From IMG/VR virus record IMGVR_UViG_3300014204_000172, positions 1 through 64,000 of that record: a DNA stretch of 64,000 nt. One strand, written 5' to 3'. Positions within the stretch are counted from its first letter, which is position 1. Every line of letters begins with the position of its first letter. Under the pieces are notes generated by a model. That model searched no databases. It had not been told where the DNA came from and saw nothing but the letters and a program-made list of their open reading frames with translations. Positions 1-9,604 of the stretch are shown here, in pieces. A program made the translations under genes and the position numbers. The DNA is from a virus (taxonomy: Duplodnaviria; Caudoviricetes).

Positions 1-92
1 ACTTCGAGTAATAAAATTCCCGAATCATTATAAAGTTTACCTTTATAACCGGGAATCATCTCAGCAGTGGATATATATCTTTCGTTAGCCAT
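1..92 (-). CDS. Tail tube protein, N-terminal fragment (XkdM-like), runs off the window
   Basis: Hand-translated MANERYISTAEMIPGYKGKLYNDSGILLLEV; GGAGG SD; directly downstream of sheath. Confidence 0.7.
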   Translation of the reverse strand, partial: MANERYISTAEMIPGYKGKLYNDSGILLLE

Positions 93-114
93 TGTTAAAC
101 TCCTCCTTCCTTAT

Positions 115-1521
115 TTAAGATGCCGGAGCAAATCTGAATTGAAACGTCATATAAGCCTTTTTAATGGAATCGTTATCATCAACAGTTAATAAGAAGTAGG
201 AATAATCACCGGCTGAACTATATAAAGGATCAACTGTAACTGTACCTGTCGATAATTTTCCTTCATCTTTCATCTTTTTGATTTCGCCATTACAAAGCAT
301 AATTAGTGAAGCTCTGCCAGACGAATCATTGTTGATTACTCCCAATAAAGGACTGGTAACTGATTGACAACGTTTTATCAATTCAAATCTTTCTCTTACT
401 CGTCTAATGGATTTCCAACCATCGTCTTCATCCGTACCCGGACTAACTAAGGTGGTAATGTCATATTCAATCTGAACAGCACCGGCGGAAGATTGACTGA
501 ATACAACCATTCCATTATCTACTGCCTGGTTAATGTAGGTATTCGATAACGATCCTTTGATGGTTGAATAATTGTCCATAATGTAATGAGTAGCCGAAAT
601 GGACGGATCCATAGCAGCGATTACACCTGCTAAAATAGCAGCGGCTTTGTAACCTTCGTACTCATTTAAAGATGAATCAATAACCCCATTCCCAATATAG
701 ACTACCTGTTTGTTATTGAATGCAGCAGCATCCGCTAATCTGGTAGCAATAGCAACTGTAGTTGGTTCACCTACGACAGCGATACAAGGTATCCCTGCTG
801 CATACTGTGATTCTACAAATGCTTCTAGTAAAGCGTGTACTGTAGTTGTATCTGTGTCTACGCAAACTAAATCCATCTGCATAGAATCCATAGCAGTAAA
901 TCCCGCTGTGTATTCAGTATTGGTTACCGCAGGATTAGCACCGGAAACAAAGGGAGATCCGGTAACAATAGCCATTAATTTATTACCATCGGCTAACTTG
1001 GTAGCAGTAATCCATTCTGATGTAGCATTAACAGCAGCAACCAAAGCAGCAGGTTCACCAACTCCGGTAGCACCTTTCGCAAAAGTAATAACTTCTTTTA
1101 GTGTTGTTACATCGTAAATTAATAGTTCTCTTTTTGTCGTGTCAGTTAGGGAATCTTGGATTGATACCCGAATATCCCTAGCTCCCACATATTTAGCTAA
1201 AAGAGTAACAACATCGATTGGACTACCAGTAGTATCATGCATTCCAACTAATGTTCCTTTTACACCTGCTGCATCACCTATTCTGGTAGCTAAAACAATA
1301 GAACCCTCACGTAAAGCTAATTTGATTTGTTCTGTGGTTCCAGCCGAACCATAAACAATATCAATTTCTGACTCATAGCTGAATTCTGTCGGCGTATTTA
1401 ATGGTCCCCAGTCTGCCTGAATAGGCATAGCTACTTTATTGGTGGATATAGCCCTACCAACCAGCGTTACATTTTGGGTTCTAAAATATACTCCAGGTCG
1501 TTTTTCAAATCCCCAGCTCAT
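115..1521 (-). CDS. Contractile tail sheath protein (XkdK-like)
   Basis: N-terminal EKRPGVY, ADWGPLN; C-terminal WKSIRRVR; size and position. Confidence 0.92.
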   Translation of the reverse strand: MSWGFEKRPGVYFRTQNVTLVGRAISTNKVAMPIQADWGPLNTPTEFSYESEIDIVYGSAGTTEQIKLALREGSIVLATRIGDAAGVKGTLVGMHDTTGSPIDVVTLLAKYVGARDIRVSIQDSLTDTTKRELLIYDVTTLKEVITFAKGATGVGEPAALVAAVNATSEWITATKLADGNKLMAIVTGSPFVSGANPAVTNTEYTAGFTAMDSMQMDLVCVDTDTTTVHALLEAFVESQYAAGIPCIAVVGEPTTVAIATRLADAAAFNNKQVVYIGNGVIDSSLNEYEGYKAAAILAGVIAAMDPSISATHYIMDNYSTIKGSLSNTYINQAVDNGMVVFSQSSAGAVQIEYDITTLVSPGTDEDDGWKSIRRVRERFELIKRCQSVTSPLLGVINNDSSGRASLIMLCNGEIKKMKDEGKLSTGTVTVDPLYSSAGDYSYFLLTVDDNDSIKKAYMTFQFRFAPAS

Positions 1522-1531
1522 TTATTCCTCC

Positions 1532-1750
1532 TTACTTATTCATAAAAGCAGTAATCATTGTTTTTGATTCTTCGATGGTCAATCTATCCGTAGGCAACTT
1601 CTTATTAAATCGAAAAACAGCTTTAACCGCAAATGAAGGTTGATCGAATAACTTTAAGGAATTGGTAACTAACTCTTCACAAGTGTACCCTTCCTTTATC
1701 GATTCTTCGCTTACTGATGGTTGATTAGCCATGCTTGGTGTTTTAGGCAT
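1532..1750 (-). CDS. Small hypothetical protein preceding sheath
   Basis: SD present; position typical of Xkd-like tails. Confidence 0.65.
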   Translation of the reverse strand: MPKTPSMANQPSVSEESIKEGYTCEELVTNSLKLFDQPSFAVKAVFRFNKKLPTDRLTIEESKTMITAFMNK

Positions 1751-1770
1751 TTTATATTCCTCCTCAACTA

Positions 1771-2904
1771 CTAGCTAAAAATTCTTCTCCAATAAATATG
1801 ATTCAATTTTTCAATCGTCAAATCTTCTATATATTTTGACATGTAATATTCACCAGTCAAATTAATTTGTCCTGTTATATAAGGGTCGGCTTTTGCATTT
1901 AATTTGATATTCCCAAAAAGGTTGAAAGATAAAGTATTATTCATCGTAAATTGTCTAGCATTAGCTAGTAATTCAACTAAATGTTTCATCAATTTAAATC
2001 TGTCTTGTGTTAATGGTGCAAAAATATGTAATGCTATATTCATCTGGTATAGATTGATTGATAACGAAAATTGCTTCACGTTTAATCCATCTACCCGAAA
2101 ATAAAAAGCTGGTTTTATTGCTGTAGGTTTCCAAACATCAATTAACTGTGGGCTACCTTCAATATAATAACAACTAGGAATAGCTACTTTTAAGTAATCA
2201 AAGAGAGCTAATATCGGATCAGGTAATAAAGGAACCTCAGTAACAATATACGTATCACCGGCAATTAAAGTTACTCCTACTGATGCAAAAGTAATTACTG
2301 TTGAAGTATTACTCAATACTGGTCTTACATAAGTTGTACCACCATGAACAATGGATACTGAACCAAATTTCCATTGATTGATTCCATACGCTTTTGTAGA
2401 ACATACAATAGTAGTAGTTGAGCCACCAGTTAATACTCCAGAATCAGTAACCGCATCTGCCGGATTGTATACTTCCTGACTAGGAAATCCAATCCGATTG
2501 AATGTCATATGTAAACCATTGATAAATCCGTCAATATCTGTTATCGGATCTGAACGTATCCATGATAATGATTCTGTACCATTTAACGATTCAAAGAATG
2601 TTCCATGTAAAGCAGTTTTAACTAATCCTTCAATACTTTCTGGTCCTGTCAAAGATTTGGATGATATATAAATATCAACAAAGATGTTACCCATTAAAAA
2701 TCTAGCTGGGTCTTCTTGGATTGATGAATAATAAACAATCCTAGGAAATTGAAAGTCATGGGTTGCTCCCCATTTCTGGTCAGTATCGATAGGCGCTTCC
2801 CCTTCAAATACAGCAGGAATAGAATTAAAACTAGCTAATGCATTAATCAATGAACTATCAGTCGTTAATGTTCGATAAATTAATTCTTCTAAACTTAAAC
2901 TCAT
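1771..2904 (-). CDS. Tail terminator/completion protein (two domains) with an inserted beta-rich module
   Basis: Position between gp10-like gene and sheath; QFPRIVY..QEDPAR N-domain, KPAFYFR C-domain. Confidence 0.6.
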   Translation of the reverse strand: MSLSLEELIYRTLTTDSSLINALASFNSIPAVFEGEAPIDTDQKWGATHDFQFPRIVYYSSIQEDPARFLMGNIFVDIYISSKSLTGPESIEGLVKTALHGTFFESLNGTESLSWIRSDPITDIDGFINGLHMTFNRIGFPSQEVYNPADAVTDSGVLTGGSTTTIVCSTKAYGINQWKFGSVSIVHGGTTYVRPVLSNTSTVITFASVGVTLIAGDTYIVTEVPLLPDPILALFDYLKVAIPSCYYIEGSPQLIDVWKPTAIKPAFYFRVDGLNVKQFSLSINLYQMNIALHIFAPLTQDRFKLMKHLVELLANARQFTMNNTLSFNLFGNIKLNAKADPYITGQINLTGEYYMSKYIEDLTIEKLNHIYWRRIFS

Positions 2905-3386
2905 TAAATCCCCAATTCGTATTTATCGCCAAAAATAGCTGCCACTTCTTCTTTGGAATCTTCAATAATTTTTTCTTTAAACGGTCTTGGTTCCATTTTG
3001 GATGTTCCATTTTCCAGTAATTCAGCTAACAAATAATTGCCAACCAATAAAACAGAAGAAATAGCTGGATGATAAATAATATTTTTGCCCGAACCTTCGA
3101 TAAACCATCGATTGTTCCAAGACTGTCTAAAAGCACCAGTTCTTACTGCTGGTGGTTCACCGGGGGCTGATGCCTGATACGTAGTTTTCTTGCTTCCTTT
3201 TTTGTTTCCTGTAAAGGGTAAGTTATAGATTCTCCCTGTTCTAGGACCTCTTAAAACTGATAATGCATGATTTCTCAAAACATTTGAAGATCTAAAACAT
3301 CTTGAAGCTGCCTGATCTTTAATCTGGTCTAACAATTGGTCAGTTATCGTAGATACATCTGGTAATTCGTCATTATTACTAATCAT
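2904..3386 (-). CDS. HK97 gp10-like neck/tail-component protein (start reassigned to ATG at 3386)
   Basis: ASAPGEPPAVRTG and LENGTSKMEPRPF motifs; the ATG overlaps the upstream stop. Confidence 0.8.
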   Translation of the reverse strand: MISNNDELPDVSTITDQLLDQIKDQAASRCFRSSNVLRNHALSVLRGPRTGRIYNLPFTGNKKGSKKTTYQASAPGEPPAVRTGAFRQSWNNRWFIEGSGKNIIYHPAISSVLLVGNYLLAELLENGTSKMEPRPFKEKIIEDSKEEVAAIFGDKYELGI

Positions 3387-3750
3387 GGCTAACCTCAAAT
3401 TCCTGACGCAAACAATAATAAACAGTTTTCCAGCCATTTCTAGCTGTTTCTATGGATTGAATATAGTATCTGTAACTATTCGATGCCTGAATTAATGTAT
3501 CTCCTATTTCTGCTTTAGGAGATCCATCGTGAACGATCGTATGGCTAATAGGATGCTGTAACGATTGATATTTGACTACTTCTTTTTGATTAGCATTACC
3601 AATAACCCCTGTAAAATCTGGCGGTAATATGGTTTCTGTATGATCACGGATAATTCTTCCTCTGGAATTAACGGAAGTGTTTTTTACCTCTACGTAAAAG
3701 GCTTGATAGAAACTAATGATCGGACAATATAATCTCGGCTTTTGATACAT
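3379..3750 (-). CDS. Head closure / head-tail adaptor protein
   Basis: Position; beta-rich, SHTIV..G and YYIQSI pattern. Confidence 0.6.
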   Translation of the reverse strand: MYQKPRLYCPIISFYQAFYVEVKNTSVNSRGRIIRDHTETILPPDFTGVIGNANQKEVVKYQSLQHPISHTIVHDGSPKAEIGDTLIQASNSYRYYIQSIETARNGWKTVYYCLRQEFEVSHD

Positions 3751-3752
3751 AT

Positions 3753-4172
3753 TTATAATCCATCCGTATCATCGCTACTTACAGAATCAATATCGAATTT
3801 TCCTCTTTCAAATATATATCCGCCTTCTTCTGCACTTAATGTGGATTCATTAAATAAAACTGGTGGATTGGATTGATTAACTTCTTTTTTCATTTTTTCA
3901 TATAATTCCGTCCATCGTCTAGCTCTTTCTGACAAATCAAAAGAAACTCCACCAATAGAAGTGGATACTTCTGTCTGGAATCTCATGCAAACAGATTCAA
4001 CCAATTTTAATTTAGCTGTATACCAATCATCTGAATAATAAGCAATTACGGCTATGATTTCTTCATCAGTTAATGCAGCCGAGCTAGGATCAGTATTAAC
4101 GTCACCTAGCTCGAATCTCATTTTATCCTTTGTATTGGTCATAATGTTTGCAATATTATAAGTATAAGCCAT
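3753..4172 (-). CDS. Head-tail connector protein
   Basis: MRFELGD..LTDEEI motif; position after capsid. Confidence 0.7.
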   Translation of the reverse strand: MAYTYNIANIMTNTKDKMRFELGDVNTDPSSAALTDEEIIAVIAYYSDDWYTAKLKLVESVCMRFQTEVSTSIGGVSFDLSERARRWTELYEKMKKEVNQSNPPVLFNESTLSAEEGGYIFERGKFDIDSVSSDDTDGL

Positions 4173-4571
4173 TTATACTCCCAATTTCTGAGCTAAAGCT
4201 GTGTAGAATGGTTTAGCATTTTTTCTGATGTCAGAAGTAGCTAAAACAATTAACATATCCGAATCCGTTACAGTTTCTAAAAGTTCTTTGAATTTTGATT
4301 CATCACTAATTTTGCATTGTAAGATTCTAAATATGTTTTGGATCTGGTTTTCTTTTAAAACCAAAAGATGTTCTTCCTTGTTCTGATCTAAAAAGGGAAC
4401 ATTAATCTTTTTTAATTCTTCCTCAGTAAATATTTTTTTTAAAGTTCCATTGTTTAGATATATTTCAATCAACCGGGGAGTCGCTATAGCTTCGGTTACG
4501 ATTGTTCCTACTTCTATAAACTTCCCCCCACTTTTAATTGCTTCACTTTTTAATACTTCATAACTAGGCAT
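4173..4571 (-). CDS. Hypothetical virion-associated protein
   Basis: Tiles between capsid and connector. Confidence 0.6.
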   Translation of the reverse strand: MPSYEVLKSEAIKSGGKFIEVGTIVTEAIATPRLIEIYLNNGTLKKIFTEEELKKINVPFLDQNKEEHLLVLKENQIQNIFRILQCKISDESKFKELLETVTDSDMLIVLATSDIRKNAKPFYTALAQKLGV

Positions 4572-4593
4572 TCTTCGTTACTCCTTGTTATTA

Positions 4594-5610
4594 CTAGCTT
4601 ACACAATCAGCTAAATAGAATCCTAAATCATCGCTGGTTTTTTTCATATCAATGGAGATTAATCCCTCTTGATATGTTGCGTGAGTTCCAAACTCACCGT
4701 CACCCTGAGCTATGCTAATCCAATTATCGCCCATGAAGTTCCATGCGAAACAATAACCGGCAGAAGGTGTATCAATAGACGGTTCATTAGGAGCAAAAAC
4801 AGCCAGCATATCTTTAGGTCCGATGATACGACCCATGACCGCTGTTTGACCTTTTTTCGCTGAATTGTAAACCTGTTTAGCTACCATAATCTTATCTACT
4901 CCGAATAAAGCAGCTAAAGTAGTTTCGTTAACTGTGGCTGGTGAAGTGGTATTGCCGGAAGCGTGTTTGACTCGGTCCAATATGTCCGGGTGATCAATCA
5001 GGCATTCGTAAACATCTGCACCAAAACCAATTTTGTTAACTAAACGTCTACCAGAGATTTCGATTTGCTTCAAGGCGTATCTGATGGTTTTTACCGGATC
5101 GCCTAAAGATTCATCGAATCTCATAAAGGATGTTCCAGGCACAGCAGGACCAATGGCTAAACCATGCATATGGTTAGTCCAGTTGGCTACTCCCCAGAAT
5201 TTCTGCCCAAACGTGTAATCTAAAAAGAGATTGACTTGTTCGGCAATATATCTGGATCGCTGGACTTCCGGCTTAGCTGCCGAGTTCTTGAAATTGACAT
5301 TCTGTAACTGGTCCTGACCGCAAATGACCTGATTGACTTTACAGCTATAGGTATCATCCGATAAACCTAACTGTATAGGATCGGTTCTCCCATACATTGG
5401 CTTTTCGACCATATCTATTCTGCATAAGTCTTCTTGATTCCATTCGTAGTAGTAAGCGCTTTCCACGTCTACTGGAACGATAGGAAACATCTCACGTGCA
5501 ATATAAGGAAGACCAGTAAACCAGTTCATAGCTACGTTGCTTAAATACCGGTTCGGTACATAAGCTTTGCTAATTATCTGCATTTTTAATAATTCTGTTG
5601 TTAATTTCAT
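4594..5610 (-). CDS. Major capsid protein (HK97 fold, gpE-like)
   Basis: YLSNVAM..YIAREMFPIVPV, TLAALFGVDKIMV; 338 aa; position. Confidence 0.88.
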   Translation of the reverse strand: MKLTTELLKMQIISKAYVPNRYLSNVAMNWFTGLPYIAREMFPIVPVDVESAYYYEWNQEDLCRIDMVEKPMYGRTDPIQLGLSDDTYSCKVNQVICGQDQLQNVNFKNSAAKPEVQRSRYIAEQVNLFLDYTFGQKFWGVANWTNHMHGLAIGPAVPGTSFMRFDESLGDPVKTIRYALKQIEISGRRLVNKIGFGADVYECLIDHPDILDRVKHASGNTTSPATVNETTLAALFGVDKIMVAKQVYNSAKKGQTAVMGRIIGPKDMLAVFAPNEPSIDTPSAGYCFAWNFMGDNWISIAQGDGEFGTHATYQEGLISIDMKKTSDDLGFYLADCVS

Positions 5611-5628
5611 TTATTTAATCCTCCTTAT

Positions 5629-6039
5629 TTATACAAAGTGCGTGGTAAAGTTAACTGGTACGCCGATAAAATTGATCCATACAATGTCTCCATCTGCCCC
5701 GGCAGCTTGAAGAACCATAGCTGCTGCGTATTTTCCATTAGTAACCGCTTCAAATTTACCAGTTGCGGATACCTGAACAATAGCACCAACAGCAGCAATC
5801 TCATCAGCGACTGCTAAAACTCTACCGAATACACAAACTGTTACGTTACTACCGGAAGCTCCACCTTTGGTTAAAACTCCAATAGGCAATTCTCCCTGTG
5901 CACAAATAACAACTAGACCAGCATTCATTTTTACGAAATAACCCTCTTTTCCGGTTAAATCACCTGCTCCGCAAGGTAAGCAGAGTAATTGCTGGTTAGA
6001 ATTCCACTGTCCGATTTCGCCTCTTTTTACTAAAGCCAT
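5629..6039 (-). CDS. Capsid decoration/cement protein (DUF2190-like)
   Basis: Small Gly/Ala/Val-rich beta protein (GVL..G..V.V...G) directly upstream of capsid. Confidence 0.7.
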   Translation of the reverse strand: MALVKRGEIGQWNSNQQLLCLPCGAGDLTGKEGYFVKMNAGLVVICAQGELPIGVLTKGGASGSNVTVCVFGRVLAVADEIAAVGAIVQVSATGKFEAVTNGKYAAAMVLQAAGADGDIVWINFIGVPVNFTTHFV

Positions 6040-7185
6040 TTACTTTACCTTTCCTTTCCCTTGATATGCATCAAGTAAATCAGGATTACTGTTACAGGCT
6101 TTTTCAATAGCCTCTGAACGTTTTAAATCAGGATTAGATTTTTGTAGTTCAGTGGCTTTTACTTCTATTTTTGCCCATGCTTCGTCTTTGTCTGTTACTG
6201 CGCCTGAACCAGTATGACCTAATTCATCAAACAGACCTGATTTGTTGATAGCATCAACAGATTTGTCGAGCATGGTTATGGTGCTTTCATAAGCTTTTGG
6301 ATTTGCTTTTTTTAAATCCACTAAATCCTGAGCCAGTTTGTTAATATCTGTATCAGGAATTATCTCATACTTTTTAGCTATAACCGTCTGCTCTGCTAAT
6401 AAGTTTTTAGCTATCAACTCGTCTAGCTGTGCCTGTGATTTTCTCACAGTTGCTTCTAACTCCGTTTCTGAAGATTTTTTTTCTACTGTTGGATAGGCTT
6501 TTTCAAGCTTCTCGTAAGCTGTTAAATCTTCTGGAGTCATTTTTGTTTTGTCCAGCATTTTCTCAACCCCTTTCTTCTTCGTATCTTTTGTACATTCTTT
6601 AGAAACTTTGCAAGATTCGCAATTACCATCGCACTTAACTAATTTATCCTGATTTGTTTCGTCATCCAACTCTTCGTCAGTAGGATTTTCTGTATCAGGA
6701 AACTCGTCAGTAGGTGTAGTTTGCTTGTTTTTTGGATCTTCATTAAGCATGGTTTTTGCTTTAATGATATAGCTATTCAATAAAGCTCTCATGCCATCTG
6801 TTACTTCGATTAATCCTGTATTGGATTTTGCCACCGTATTAATGGCTTCTTCATCGAATAGTAATGTGTCGATCATTTCCGAGAACTCTTCCAGACTTTT
6901 TTGAATTAGCTCCTGTCTGTTGTCCTCTTTGCTTTTGTATAGATCGATGATGTTTTCATGCAAAGCAGTGGCAGCTATTAAATAGTTGTCGTTGAAAACA
7001 TCTTCCGCTTTCTTTTTGCGGACTAACCAATTTAATCCGAACTTCGGAAATTTGAAATTCACGGATACCCCCCTCTTTTTCAACATAATTTTTGCACCCT
7101 GATTTGCTCCTCTATCAACCAAATCAACTTTGGTTATTTCAGGGTCCTTCAAATTTGTTATTTTTAACTTATTAACTTTATTCAT
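6040..7185 (-). CDS. Capsid scaffolding protein
   Basis: N-terminal ITKVDLVDRGANQ motif of XkdF-associated proteins; coiled, charged; many [VIL]xK[SA] repeats. Confidence 0.65.
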   Translation of the reverse strand: MNKVNKLKITNLKDPEITKVDLVDRGANQGAKIMLKKRGVSVNFKFPKFGLNWLVRKKKAEDVFNDNYLIAATALHENIIDLYKSKEDNRQELIQKSLEEFSEMIDTLLFDEEAINTVAKSNTGLIEVTDGMRALLNSYIIKAKTMLNEDPKNKQTTPTDEFPDTENPTDEELDDETNQDKLVKCDGNCESCKVSKECTKDTKKKGVEKMLDKTKMTPEDLTAYEKLEKAYPTVEKKSSETELEATVRKSQAQLDELIAKNLLAEQTVIAKKYEIIPDTDINKLAQDLVDLKKANPKAYESTITMLDKSVDAINKSGLFDELGHTGSGAVTDKDEAWAKIEVKATELQKSNPDLKRSEAIEKACNSNPDLLDAYQGKGKVK

Positions 7186-7188
7186 TTA

Positions 7189-8145
7189 CTACTCGATGTA
7201 GGAATTACCAGCGTGTACGATGGTTCCTGCTCCGGTTTTGGTAAAGGATGCCGCTTTGTCGGTAGCTTCAAACATATTGTTTAATAAGTGGATACTACCT
7301 GTTGCATGGTTAGCGGTAGTCATGACACATTTGGTTAAGACTTCTCCTGTATTGGTTCCATCAATAACCCTGCATCTCTCCATGACTATATCGTGACCAT
7401 CTCCATCCATTTCTAAACCATACTTGCAAGATACGATCAAACAGTTGGAAATGTAAATATCGTCAGCTCCTCTGATGGTTGAATTAACAGCCATGACAGC
7501 CCCGGATTTACAACCTTTGAATACACAGGATGCAAATTCAATATTATTTGCTCCCTGTATATAAGCTCCGAATCCCATATCGTCACCATCTGCTTGTTTG
7601 GATAAATAACAATTAAGGAATTTGTTAAACGATCCGGTGAAATCGGTAGCGGTTGCTGATCCTAGATAGACAGCAGCTTTTGTATCTTTGTAGGTATAAA
7701 GAGATAAACCAACAAAAAGATTTTTACTTCCCGAGATTTTCAATAAATGGTCAGTTGCAGCATCCAAAACTCCTGCCGTTCCTGTACCAATTAAGATAAA
7801 ACCATCGGAAGTTCCTGGACCAATTACCAATAAATCATCAAAATCGATGACTATACCCGAAACTTCGTAGGATAAACCAGCTAAACAATAGATGGTATAT
7901 CCCTTCTTTAATGTAGCAGTGCTTAGTGCTCTTATAAAAGCGATAGCTTCTCTAAAAGTCTTATAAGCAGTGCTAATAGTTGTACCATCCCCTGATGCGG
8001 TTATGTTTGGATTTACAAAAAGAAACTTGCTAGAATCTCTTTGCTGTAATCCATTGATTTCTTGGTCATACCCATCATTGGAATGTATGTCACGATGTCC
8101 TTTATCGTAATAATCTGATCTGTTATCTTTTCTCATTCTCGTCAA
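7189..8145 (-). CDS. Right-handed beta-helix (pectate-lyase-like) protein; likely start ATG 8136
   Basis: FVNP..SGDGTT..AYKTF motif then periodic I.F.NC.I repeats. Confidence 0.65.
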   Translation of the reverse strand: MTRMRKDNRSDYYDKGHRDIHSNDGYDQEINGLQQRDSSKFLFVNPNITASGDGTTISTAYKTFREAIAFIRALSTATLKKGYTIYCLAGLSYEVSGIVIDFDDLLVIGPGTSDGFILIGTGTAGVLDAATDHLLKISGSKNLFVGLSLYTYKDTKAAVYLGSATATDFTGSFNKFLNCYLSKQADGDDMGFGAYIQGANNIEFASCVFKGCKSGAVMAVNSTIRGADDIYISNCLIVSCKYGLEMDGDGHDIVMERCRVIDGTNTGEVLTKCVMTTANHATGSIHLLNNMFEATDKAASFTKTGAGTIVHAGNSYIE

Positions 8146-8161
8146 TCCTCCTTTTAACTAA

Positions 8162-8188
8162 ATTATAGCCTATTCTAACTGATTTCAA
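8162..8188 (-). promoter_or_regulatory. Putative internal sigma70-type promoter upstream of beta-helix/scaffold/capsid genes
   Basis: TTGAAA-N15-TATAAT in a 70-bp intergenic gap, followed by AGGAGG SD; the spacer is short. Confidence 0.45.
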
Positions 8189-8215
8189 TTTTTCTATTTA
8201 TTTCATAATCATTAA

Positions 8216-9604
8216 TTAAGTATGTATATATTTAAAAAATGTCTTTACTATTGATTTTTCAGTTTCTTTTTTTTGTTCATTAACAATAGTTAAATGTATA
8301 TATTCGACGGTTCTTTTACCAGATTTAATCTCGCCCATGAATCCCCGATAATGATAGTTTTCTTTAATTCGATCAACTGCTGTTATTTTATATATATTAC
8401 CCCGACCCAATAAAACTTCTTTTTCTAAATCTCCAAAAGCTCCTATTTCATTGGTAATTATTCCAGCTTTAGTTCCTTTGGGAGCATCAATAACAAATAA
8501 TCGTTCTCCCTTATCCAAAAATTGAAAAGCTTTGTCTTTACTCAACGTGGTTGATGTATAGCCTAACTCAGTAAAAGTTTGTCCGATAGGATTCGCAGAA
8601 CTTAAAACTTTTTCTGCATCCGGGTTATAAGCAGCTCTGTAAAGCTTCTGATTTTCATATAAGGTAGAATCTTCCTGCAATCTTGATTTTTCTAAAGCTG
8701 TATCAATCGATTCGATTAATTTTTTATTTTTAGAATCAACTTTACCTTTTCTTAATTGTTCGTTAATTGATTTATAACTCTCGGATGTATAGCTATTTAA
8801 AGCATTTACTTCTTTTGTCGATAGGCGTTTAATCCAAGTTAATGGATGATAAGCAGTCAAAGATTTATCATTGCTACTACTCGTTTCTTTTGTTGATGTT
8901 TTTTCGTTAGTTGTATTGGATGAACTATTCGAACCTTCTGTAGAGCAAAACTGTCCTCCGTTAGATTGCCCTGCTTCTTCGTGACATTCATTGAATTTAA
9001 ACAATGAACCAAAAGTCTTTCCTATTTTTCTTTTAGCTACTTTATATAAAGTTTCATCTACGTTTGTTTCTTCTCTGGTAGCCATACCCTCAATGGAAAA
9101 ATCTTTTAATTCGCCATTCTTGATTCTATTCCAAATTGATTCATCTGTTATTTGGAATCCTCCCCACCATCCAATAGGAATTAAACCTTGCGGTATATTC
9201 ATGGCTATCTGTTTTTCTATAGTCCAGCACATGGATTCAATACATTTGCCGATTATCTTTTTGTTTGACTCATGCATGACTCCTGAATCTCGATACTTTA
9301 AAACATAGGTATAAGCCATTTTTTCTAGTTCTGATTCATCTATAGCATCTTGCTGGTGGTCAACAAGCTGTTTTAATACCCATTTTCCATTTTCTTGTTC
9401 CCAGTCTGCACTAACTAAAAACCATCCAAATACCTGTTTTTTATCTTCATAAGCTTTACTGATGGTAAATATTGATTTACTAACTGGTTTATCTTTTTTA
9501 TCTTTATCATTAGTTGTTTTTGGATTAATTCTCTTTAATTCTTTACCTCTTAACCATTGTCTATTTTCTATATCCATGTCTAAAGGTATTAATATTTTTG
9601 TCAT
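8216..9604 (-). CDS. XkdF-like prohead serine protease fused to a C-terminal VIP2-like ADP-ribosyltransferase
   Basis: N-half: KKQVFGW..VDHQQD..MHE..GWW.G..IKNGELKDFSIEG. C-half: LNSYT..YKSINEQLR, LYR, GYTSTT, EKEVLL (R-S-E). Confidence 0.85.
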   Translation of the reverse strand: MTKILIPLDMDIENRQWLRGKELKRINPKTTNDKDKKDKPVSKSIFTISKAYEDKKQVFGWFLVSADWEQENGKWVLKQLVDHQQDAIDESELEKMAYTYVLKYRDSGVMHESNKKIIGKCIESMCWTIEKQIAMNIPQGLIPIGWWGGFQITDESIWNRIKNGELKDFSIEGMATREETNVDETLYKVAKRKIGKTFGSLFKFNECHEEAGQSNGGQFCSTEGSNSSSNTTNEKTSTKETSSSNDKSLTAYHPLTWIKRLSTKEVNALNSYTSESYKSINEQLRKGKVDSKNKKLIESIDTALEKSRLQEDSTLYENQKLYRAAYNPDAEKVLSSANPIGQTFTELGYTSTTLSKDKAFQFLDKGERLFVIDAPKGTKAGIITNEIGAFGDLEKEVLLGRGNIYKITAVDRIKENYHYRGFMGEIKSGKRTVEYIHLTIVNEQKKETEKSIVKTFFKYIHT

